Assembly: GCA_026397315.1 (NCBI GenBank)
Contig: JAPLVC010000001.1
Location: forward strand, 64,001 to 128,000
Source: Candidatus Aenigmatarchaeota archaeon
Lineage (GTDB): Archaea > Aenigmatarchaeota > Aenigmatarchaeia > QMZP01 > QMZT01
Length of the DNA: 64,000 bases
Direction: 5' to 3'
Shown here: piece after piece, positions 57,501 to 64,000 of the stretch
How positions within the stretch are numbered: position 1 is the first letter of the stretch
How the letters are laid out: the number at the start of each line of letters is the position of its first letter
Made by a program: the position numbers and the translations under genes
The notes under the pieces: model-generated
The model's input: the letters and a program-made list of their open reading frames with translations, nothing else
Databases searched by the model: none
What the model was told of the DNA's origin: nothing

Positions 57501-59624
57501 GTTGAGGTTGGCGTTAAATGCCCGAACGGCTGCAAGGACGGGGCGTGCAACAAAACAAATGAAGAGGCTTATTTTAAATTCACTGATGGACACAATACAT
57601 TTATTTTCAAATTAACAGATTCGAAAAAGATACAAGAAGCTAGAGCCATACTTAATGGAAGCCAAACTAATGCTATACATGTTTCAGGCACAATTGATAA
57701 AAAAAGTATTGAAAAATCCGTTGATTACAATTCGCCATGGAACTATTATCTTATCCCTGCAACAATACATTTTTTTGATAACGCTGTTGAAGTTTGTGAT
57801 GCCAGTATTCAATATCTGGAAGACCATCTAAATGAATCTTGCGGCAGTTTTTTGCCAAATTGTGTGTGGTGTCCTTGGGGTTCTAAACTTATTGAAGAGG
57901 TTAAAATAAATCAAACACAAACCTGCACAGACACCGACGGCGGGATTAACTATGACGTGAGAGGCGATATCGTAGTCGTTTACAGTGATGGCACAGAGTC
58001 AGCATCGTGGGATCAGTGCAATTCGGTGGCGAACATATCCGGATATGGCGTGAATACATTATTGGAAAGATATTGCGGAAATGACCAGATTCAAACAATA
58101 TTCTATAACTGCCCCAACGGCTGCAAGGACGGGGCGTGCATAAAGGCTGATACCTGCACATACTACCGATGTATTCCATCATTCACATACCTTAATTTAC
58201 AGACGGACAAATACTATTACGACATAGGCGAGCAGGTGACAATAAGCACAAATTATTTAGACAAAGAAAAGATGACCTTGCAGGAGCTGACTGTGTCTGT
58301 CAAGGACCCTTACGGCAACCTGCAGGAAATCGTCATGAAGCCTGAATGCAACACGGCTGAAGAGTGCCCGCTATGCAAGCCGGGGGGTTATTGCCCGCCG
58401 TGCAGTAGCGTCACAACATGTCAGTTCAAGGGAGTTTACGCAGGAACAAAGATGGTTGGCCTTTACAGCGTGCAATCAGAAATGGCGATGAATAGCGCGT
58501 ATTTCAGGGTTTATGACTACTCCCTGCTAAAAAAATACCTGATACTCAGCGACATAGACGGCTACGTGTATAAGGATTCAAATTTGATGCAAGGCTCTGA
58601 GGACATCACTGTATATTTAGCGAGATATGAAAAGTCAGGCAAGACTTATGACGCGATGGTTGGTGAATTTGAAAGCAGGGACATCCTGAATAAATATCTT
58701 AGTGAAATTTTGAAATCCAATCCTCCAAGCGAGGAGAAGTTTGGCGGTCAGTACATATATGTTCTGAAAAGCGGCAGCCAGAAGGTATACTTCTGGACAA
58801 ACGGCCCATTCCTGATAGTGATATCCGAGGAGATGTATGCCCAGATGAGTGCTGCTGTCAAATCAGTCATTGAGCCAAGCAGCACGGAGACTTCTACCAG
58901 CATTGCCATCGCTGCAAGCGAGACTGCGACGTCTGCTTCCGGCGGGGGTTTATTCACGGGCATGATAACCGGCATGCCTGTTGCTACTGAATCAACAGAA
59001 AGCTTCAAACACTGCGGCGCGGATTCTGTATCATCTGAATGCGCGTGCATGGAAGGCGAGACTAAAGAGGAATTCATGCCATCATGCAAACAGGGCAGCG
59101 AATGCGAAATGGTCTTACATTACAGATGCGTGCAGAGAGAACCGACAGAACTGATAAATGCATACCTCGACAAATACCCGAGCGATATAAAGGCGACCGG
59201 GACGGAGTGCGAAACGAAGAACGGATACTGCATATACTTCCAGGACTCGTGCAAGGACGGCTTCGAGGATTCGGCTCTCGCGTGCAAGACGAAATCCGAG
59301 AAATGCTGCGTCAAGGAAGTGAACAGGGAAGACTTCATTGAAATTTCGCTGAAGCTTGAAAGCATGAGGGTGAAGATGGACACGTTCGAAACGAAGGCGG
59401 AAGCCCTCGCGGCCTATTACATGTCAGTGGGAGATGAGCAAAGAGCCGCTAAATTCCAGGAAGTGGCAGGCATGCTCTCCATGGCAAAGGAAAAGATAGA
59501 CCGCATAATCACAAAGATAAAGGACAACATGGACGACCTCGAGAGCGTAAGGGAAGAAATAAAAAGCGACATTAAAGGCCTGAGGAGTTACATAAGAAAC
59601 ATTCTTGTAAAGATGGTTTCCTAA
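54573..59624 (+). CDS. Giant modular Cys-rich secreted/surface protein
   Basis: Signal peptide; repeated CTDSDGGKNYY...CPNGCKDGAC modules, CG(D/N)GxC repeats, Ig-like domains, a BP74-like domain (VEVCDA...WCPWGS), a defensin-like C6 motif and a C-terminal helical bundle. Confidence 0.88.
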   Translation: MNVGCNSKKILFGLILCVFLFSLVSSVSAAEYCGDGTCEYKQKRLYLGQTYPFQLYGASHTAKFKSFNITSKSSAVEIDGVTQIMFRGIMYTLSGVPVYEMSYSYDSTASNESYVTVRLGEFGQSCSSDCNTQKCMPYVDGVCPQTCSLGVDADCCTNASKYWLQTDFGFSCYDNFYNLWCNPEQPCSSTADDCCPNWCAAGSDYDCCTQKGMCWTNNGCYTCQNNTCTDSDGGKNYYVKGTTTGPGYGNTSKLITSTDYCDGNLLKERYCDENDKFNSEDYACSYGCLDGRCKTGPYVCVDYEGEKNYYKKGTITNQFNQNYTDSCTNNTLREWYCDQYGSGANEYYACPNGCKDGACNNFVNALKVITPNGNEQFTTEKIIKFSFLVNSYKSGLLKYWIKNFATGTIYNIGSVSAIPSAFGYVYNLDWNLPVLKGMGEVMPSDGKQYKAFVEWKSDDGSEILSDESDNYFTITNPQTCTDSDGGKNYYTKGTVTDGNGVSTDGCFVQGNKDPSAPPECFGSDGTGNGKCINEGFCENEKTNYAIVMCPNGCKDGACVGGDNVKEQVKCVFDGATEDNKCYSDAGFSCHGIGSCVADVYGSKGQQLTWKSSCGGYAYTVIDGQNEYANFYCKPSSYCGNGVCEIGETQQSCPQDCVKNCPIWIDMSFNKEVYYPGDYFEVTIKLYDYNKKLMPNHAFNLYYTNNGNEYPTSTMYTDSAGIYKSSSQIPKDFHDFGEFIFVASAAEEGCNYVYDKENIYINNLGSCGDSYCSKDEKELVCTTTCATCPVEPISATSSVASAAITGAITTAATNDVSTCGCNEYCYVKCARDCTPNCGNGVCDTIACLAEGCPVPENEKNCPSDCGTINYCGSQSQDYNCVCQEGFKKEKFEAPCSAVTETASSTAITTTNNTICTDSDGGKNYYVKGYSTGSDGLDGTWSKEDKCLKGTGVLDYVESCSGNDCYLHEAICIGNLATVEVGVKCPNGCKDGACNKTNEEAYFKFTDGHNTFIFKLTDSKKIQEARAILNGSQTNAIHVSGTIDKKSIEKSVDYNSPWNYYLIPATIHFFDNAVEVCDASIQYLEDHLNESCGSFLPNCVWCPWGSKLIEEVKINQTQTCTDTDGGINYDVRGDIVVVYSDGTESASWDQCNSVANISGYGVNTLLERYCGNDQIQTIFYNCPNGCKDGACIKADTCTYYRCIPSFTYLNLQTDKYYYDIGEQVTISTNYLDKEKMTLQELTVSVKDPYGNLQEIVMKPECNTAEECPLCKPGGYCPPCSSVTTCQFKGVYAGTKMVGLYSVQSEMAMNSAYFRVYDYSLLKKYLILSDIDGYVYKDSNLMQGSEDITVYLARYEKSGKTYDAMVGEFESRDILNKYLSEILKSNPPSEEKFGGQYIYVLKSGSQKVYFWTNGPFLIVISEEMYAQMSAAVKSVIEPSSTETSTSIAIAASETATSASGGGLFTGMITGMPVATESTESFKHCGADSVSSECACMEGETKEEFMPSCKQGSECEMVLHYRCVQREPTELINAYLDKYPSDIKATGTECETKNGYCIYFQDSCKDGFEDSALACKTKSEKCCVKEVNREDFIEISLKLESMRVKMDTFETKAEALAAYYMSVGDEQRAAKFQEVAGMLSMAKEKIDRIITKIKDNMDDLESVREEIKSDIKGLRSYIRNILVKMVS
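55254..58140 (+). repeat. Intragenic near-identical DNA repeats bracketing variable modules
   Basis: TGCCCGAACGGCTGCAAGGACGG at 55620, 56217 and 57519 (identical) and 58110 (1 mismatch); TGCAC(A/C)GA..CCGACGGCGG at 55254, 56010, 57312 and 57924. Confidence 0.9.
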
Positions 59625-59635
59625 GGGGGTAGACT

Positions 59636-59902
59636 ATGACGAAAGACCTCTATGACAAAATAGCAGAAGAGGATAAAGGTAAAAAAGAAGGCAAAGGCGG
59701 CTCTAAAAAAATGCTGGCCTTGGTGCTGATAGCGGTGATTGCAGTCGCCGGAGTGGCGGGCTTTTTCATCATGAACGGCGGCCTGCCAAGAGGCGGAGAA
59801 ACAATAGCGAATAAGGATCAGGCGACCGACACGCTTTCCGGCCTTGGCAACGACGTCAATGGATTAGCCGAAGATCTTAAAGGCTTGGAAGGGAATCTTT
59901 AA
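59636..59902 (+). CDS. Small single-TM protein
   Basis: Basic N-terminus, one TM helix and an amphipathic tail. Confidence 0.7.
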   Translation: MTKDLYDKIAEEDKGKKEGKGGSKKMLALVLIAVIAVAGVAGFFIMNGGLPRGGETIANKDQATDTLSGLGNDVNGLAEDLKGLEGNL

Positions 59903-59903
59903 A

Positions 59904-61247
59904 ATGAACATGAAACTAAAAATTATCTTAGCTTGCACTTTTCTATTTTTCATATTCGTGCCTCTCGTCAGGGCGGACGGCATGGCATTCAATACCGGGT
60001 ATGATTTTTCTTCGAACGCATTGCACGGAGAGAATGTGCAGATAGCCGCGATAAACTATGAAAACGGTATGGAAAAGCTGGTTATAGCGGTAAAGATGGA
60101 CCAGATAAATGACAGTTCTGTCATTTGGATAGTGCCCGTGCCTTCAAAGCCCGAGAATGTAAAAATAAACGTACTCAAAAGCTTCCCGCTATTCGATGGT
60201 TATGAAATAATAAAAGGGGCTAGAAACAAAGTGAACCAGTTCACGAATAATGTCGGATTCGTGGTCATGCTTAACCAATTATGGCCAATTCCTATGATAC
60301 TTTTCGGGACAGGGTTTACTTCGCTTGCATCCCAGGGAGGAGTGCAAGTTTATGCCGAAACCCAGAAAGAAGGCATAACTACACAGGTCGTGACAGCGGA
60401 AACTTCACAGGGCCTTTATGATTACATCAGATCCAAGGGAGTGAACGTAAACTCTGTTTCCATACCTGTCATCGACGAATACATAGGAAAAAATTATTGC
60501 TTCGTAGTAAGCTGGATAAATGCAAAAACCAGTAAGGTTAATTACAATACTCCTTCAATTTTTGTCGAGTTCCCGACGGAGAGGATTTTCTACCCTCTCA
60601 AACCAACGAGCGTTTATGGCGAAAGGACCATACCGGTCATCATTTACATAATGGGCTTCGCCAAGCCGGAATTCTACGACGATATAAAGAGCTACGCAAG
60701 ATACAAATATTTCGTCAGAGAAAGCGGATATGTGCCTGAAAACTGGCCTTCTGAATTTTACAGCAAAGAGGAAGCTGGAAAATTATTTTATTACACCCGC
60801 ATGACCATAGGATATGAAAGAAGTTTCGGCTTTGAACCGGATATGATAAATATACCGACTCCGGCTGCTAGCAAATTCGTAGACGATTTGTGGATGGAAA
60901 AACTTGAAAAGGTACCGCCTGAAATAGAAGCCATTATCGCCAAGGCGGACCTATTGGACGCCATCTCAAAAAACAATTTTCTGCCGGTTGTATGGATCGC
61001 GCTCATGTCAATGATAACAGGAATGATAGCTGGGGTAATTGTGTTCAGGGACTTGAGAATAATCGGCTATGCCATTCTAGGGCTGGCAAACTGCCTGACG
61101 CTGCTCGGAGTGATTGCAGCAACTTACAAATTCATGAAAGATGAAAGCGGCAAAAAGAAAAAGGCTTTCATTATAGTTTTCATGCTGCTTTTCCTTGCGC
61201 TCAATTACGCAGGCCTTATGGTTCTGAGTGCTTTGATTCTAAACTAG
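59904..61247 (+). CDS. DUF2330-like secreted/membrane protein
   Basis: Signal peptide with ADG cleavage site, QIAAINYENG.E.L, WIVPVPS and YPLKPTS; C-terminal TM helices. Confidence 0.7.
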   Translation: MNMKLKIILACTFLFFIFVPLVRADGMAFNTGYDFSSNALHGENVQIAAINYENGMEKLVIAVKMDQINDSSVIWIVPVPSKPENVKINVLKSFPLFDGYEIIKGARNKVNQFTNNVGFVVMLNQLWPIPMILFGTGFTSLASQGGVQVYAETQKEGITTQVVTAETSQGLYDYIRSKGVNVNSVSIPVIDEYIGKNYCFVVSWINAKTSKVNYNTPSIFVEFPTERIFYPLKPTSVYGERTIPVIIYIMGFAKPEFYDDIKSYARYKYFVRESGYVPENWPSEFYSKEEAGKLFYYTRMTIGYERSFGFEPDMINIPTPAASKFVDDLWMEKLEKVPPEIEAIIAKADLLDAISKNNFLPVVWIALMSMITGMIAGVIVFRDLRIIGYAILGLANCLTLLGVIAATYKFMKDESGKKKKAFIIVFMLLFLALNYAGLMVLSALILN

Positions 61248-63074
61248 AACCCGCAACGTCCTCGCGCTGATTGCGTAAAGTATTTTCTTTCCCTCGTCGG
61301 ACTTCTTTTTTATGCGCACCTCGCCCTTGCCGCCTATGACAGGCGAGAAGAGATACGTCTCTCCGTCGTATATGTCTATCTGCTTGCCGACGTGCTCATT
61401 CCCCAGTATTATGCTGAACGCCTTGCCGCGCTCGCCTATCTCGAATGAGACGTCATGCTTGAACGTGTTCTGCAGCGGCTCGACCGTGATGCGTATGCCC
61501 GCGCGTCTCTCGAGCTCTTCGATGTTCCTGCCCTTCTTGCCTATGACCTGGGCTATGGCATCGTTGTTGACGCGCAGCACGACGCGGTTGTCCGAGGCGA
61601 ATTCGAGCTCGAAGTTCTCGTCTATCTGGCCCATCTCCTGCTTGATTATCCTCGTCACTTTCTCCACGACGGGCTTCGAGGCTTCCTTTATCGGGATGAC
61701 GACGTTCTCCTCGCCGAATGTGTAAATCTCGTATTCGAGCTTCTTCGTCTCGAAGTCGCGCACTTCCACGACCGGACGGGCGAGATCCGCCTCGGTCATG
61801 CCGCTAGGGACTTTGACGAGCAGGCCAAGCGTGTATATCCTCTCTATCCTGCCGTTGCGTATGTAGATTATCGTGTCGACCACGTGCGGGATCATGCCCA
61901 GCTCGATGCGTCCCATGAATCGCTGGACGGCAGAGATTATGTCGGTCGCGTGCACGACGCCTATCATGCCCACGCCCGCGAGGCGCATGTCCGCGAAGAC
62001 GCGGAAGTCCTTCGTCTTGCGCACTTCATCGAATACGGTGTAGTCCGGCCTCACCAGCAGAAGCATTTCTGCGGTCTTTTCCCAGTCGCCTTCGAGCGGC
62101 GCATACTGCGTTATCTCGGGCCCGACCTGCAGGTCTCGCGGCTGCTCGAACGTCTTGACTATCTTGCCCTTCGCGCACAGGAATTCCGCGACGCTCGCTG
62201 CGAACGTCGATTTTCCCGAGCCCGGTGGCCCTGCTATGAGCACGCCGCGCGTGTCGTTGACTAGCGCGTCCTCGAGGTCCTTGTGCAGGGCGTAGTCTTT
62301 CAGCTCGAGTTTTACGATAGGCCGCACGGCCGTGATTTCAGTCGCGGACGAGAAAGGTGGCCTTGTAATCGCGATCCTGTAGAGCCCCATCTGCACGACC
62401 ATTGCACTAGCGCCTTGTCGGCCTATCTCTATGAACGATGACGGGTCCTTGTGGACTTTCGAAAGTATCTCGTACACGATGGTCTTCAGCTCGTCTTCAT
62501 CGACCAGCTTCTCGCGTATGTGGACCAGCTTGACTTCGCCCGGCTTCCCTCGCTTCGCATACGGCCTTACTCCGACCTTGAGGTGAACCGATTGCGTATC
62601 GGGTGTGAAGAAGCCCTCTATCTTTATTTCCTTGTGGCTGATGTCGTACGGCACGTATTCTATCGATACGTTCTCCGCCTCGCCCACCAGCGCCTGTACA
62701 TAATCGCTGGTCAAAAGCGTAGCGCCTTCCTTGACAGCAAAATCGCGGATCAAAGCGTCGAGACGTCCTTTTTTCGCGAGGCTTATGTCGTCCTGAGACG
62801 GGCGGTCGCCGTCGAACGAGAGCTTGATTTTATGCTTCTCCGCCAGCAGGCGCACCTTCTTTATCTCCTCTAGGCCGCGGAAGCCTATGTCCTTGCCGCG
62901 CGACGCCTGCGCCTGCAGCTCGTCGATTACGATGCGCGGCACGACGATGCGTATGCCGTTCAGCTTGCCCTCCTCTATGAGCTCGGAGAGCTTCCTGTTT
63001 ATCAGCACTGAAGTATCAGGCACGAGCGTTTTAGAGCCAGTATTGGCTATGTTGCGAATAGTATTCATTACCAT
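61239..63074 (-). CDS. PINA ATPase (PIN domain + P-loop ATPase + KH)
   Basis: VPDTSV PIN domain, AGPPGSGKST, EQPRDLQ, DEVR, GVVHA and the KH motif IGKKG. Confidence 0.92.
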   Translation of the reverse strand: MVMNTIRNIANTGSKTLVPDTSVLINRKLSELIEEGKLNGIRIVVPRIVIDELQAQASRGKDIGFRGLEEIKKVRLLAEKHKIKLSFDGDRPSQDDISLAKKGRLDALIRDFAVKEGATLLTSDYVQALVGEAENVSIEYVPYDISHKEIKIEGFFTPDTQSVHLKVGVRPYAKRGKPGEVKLVHIREKLVDEDELKTIVYEILSKVHKDPSSFIEIGRQGASAMVVQMGLYRIAITRPPFSSATEITAVRPIVKLELKDYALHKDLEDALVNDTRGVLIAGPPGSGKSTFAASVAEFLCAKGKIVKTFEQPRDLQVGPEITQYAPLEGDWEKTAEMLLLVRPDYTVFDEVRKTKDFRVFADMRLAGVGMIGVVHATDIISAVQRFMGRIELGMIPHVVDTIIYIRNGRIERIYTLGLLVKVPSGMTEADLARPVVEVRDFETKKLEYEIYTFGEENVVIPIKEASKPVVEKVTRIIKQEMGQIDENFELEFASDNRVVLRVNNDAIAQVIGKKGRNIEELERRAGIRITVEPLQNTFKHDVSFEIGERGKAFSIILGNEHVGKQIDIYDGETYLFSPVIGGKGEVRIKKKSDEGKKILYAISARTLRVLV

Positions 63075-63199
63075 AGTATCTCCTCTTAATTCTATATCGT
63101 TTGCATCTAGATTGTATCGACTAAAACCAGCAGCTTATGTTTAATAGCAAAAGAGGTTTAAAAAACTTTTACAGCGCGTTCACAGCGTGTTTTGTGCGC

Positions 63200-64000
63200 T
63201 CACAGCGTATGATGGGAGACTATCGCCTTCTTCACGTCGCTGGCTGCGAGCAGCGTCTCTTTCCCGCTCTTCATGTCGCGCAGCTTGACCTTCTTCTCGG
63301 CGAGCTCCTTCTTGCCCAGGAACACGACGTAAGGAATCCCCAGCGAGTTCGCATAGTTGAGGTTCGAGGATATTCCCCTCTCAAGCAGGTCTATCTCCGT
63401 GCGTATGCCGCTCGCCCTCAACTCGTTCGCCAGCTTTATCGCTTCCTTCAGCGTGCCTATGGGTATGACCAGCGCTTCCGTCACCGTCTTCATCGTCGTC
63501 TTCTTCCTCTCTTTAAGCGCCTCGAAAATGGGCTCGATGCCGAACGAGATGCCGGTCGCCGGATATTCGCCCCGTCCTATGAACATGCCTATCATCTTGT
63601 CGTAGCGGCCGCCACCGGCTGCTGAAGACGTGACTTTCGAGTTGTTCATGAATACCTCGAAGACCGGCCCAGTGTAGTATTCGAGCCCGCGCGCCAGCGA
63701 GAAGTCGAGTTTTATCGCTACGTTCATCAGCTCGCAGTATTCCAGAAGTTCGCGCAGTTCTTTTATGCCCTCTTTCCCGTCTGCTTCGTTTTTCATGAGC
63801 TTCTCCGTCTTCTCAAGCATTTCCAAATTGTTGCCCTTGATTTCCAGAATCTTTAACACGGCGTCTATCGCTTTATCATCGAAGCCTTTCTGCTCCATCT
63901 CTTTCTTCACAACATCGATGCCAAACTTCTCAAGCTTGTCTATCGAGAGAATCGCGTCCATCTTGTTCTCCTTTATGCCCGCGTAGTCGAGAATGCCGTT
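63200..64000 (-). CDS. hisS: Histidyl-tRNA synthetase (5'-truncated by the window edge)
   Basis: LARGLEYYTG, GGGRYD, GISFGIE and anticodon-binding domain; frame is open to the window edge. Confidence 0.96.
   Translation of the reverse strand, partial: NGILDYAGIKENKMDAILSIDKLEKFGIDVVKKEMEQKGFDDKAIDAVLKILEIKGNNLEMLEKTEKLMKNEADGKEGIKELRELLEYCELMNVAIKLDFSLARGLEYYTGPVFEVFMNNSKVTSSAAGGGRYDKMIGMFIGRGEYPATGISFGIEPIFEALKERKKTTMKTVTEALVIPIGTLKEAIKLANELRASGIRTEIDLLERGISSNLNYANSLGIPYVVFLGKKELAEKKVKLRDMKSGKETLLAASDVKKAIVSHHTL

Noticed and set aside
54573-59624. Diversity-generating retroelement target
   Set aside because: No reverse transcriptase and no TR/VR pair with adenine-specific differences in the window.
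19227-63986. Numerous alternative-frame and antisense ORFs in the track (e.g. 19825-20640, 23006-23779, 26579-27622, 49772-50599, 61455-62264)
   Set aside because: Shadow ORFs of well-supported GC-rich genes, with no motifs of their own.

Overview
Archaeal DNA, most consistent with a DPANN-type genome. This is inferred from archaeal core genes, compact operons, Lys/Glu-rich tails and giant Cys-rich surface proteins; the lineage cannot be proven from sequence alone. The window has two compartments. (1) ~1-19,000 is a visibly AT-rich integrative element or island that begins inside a tyrosine integrase with a C-terminal Zn ribbon. It carries small wHTH genes, a surface transglutaminase/PNGase-like protein, two HEPN-like proteins and an N4mC-type methyltransferase plus a FokI/AlwI-like endonuclease. 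It also carries a four-gene cluster (PD-(D/E)xK nuclease, Mre11/SbcD-like nuclease, short membrane-anchored Rad50/SbcC-like ATPase, GHKL ATPase-HEXXH fusion), a stand-alone FtsZ C-terminal-domain gene, and a two-cluster ATTGC(AAT) repeat array. (2) ~19,000-64,000 is GC-richer housekeeping DNA. It includes an ABC exporter, nfo, RNase HI, dph6, an intron-containing tRNA-Ile, slyD, ftsZ-secE-spt5-rpl11, GINS, aIF5B, aIF2beta, rps15, nth, nre, a complete A/V-type ATP synthase operon, rpo7-spt4-rps24e-rps27e-aIF2alpha, a mini-SWIB-like protein, SRP54, a ~1,680-aa modular Cys-rich surface protein, the PINA ATPase and a partial hisS. The best candidates for new biology are the element-borne FtsZ C-terminal-domain protein (a possible division inhibitor or tether) and the nuclease/Mre11/membrane-Rad50/GHKL-peptidase cluster (a possible defence system). 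All calls come from motif reading only; no database searches were run.
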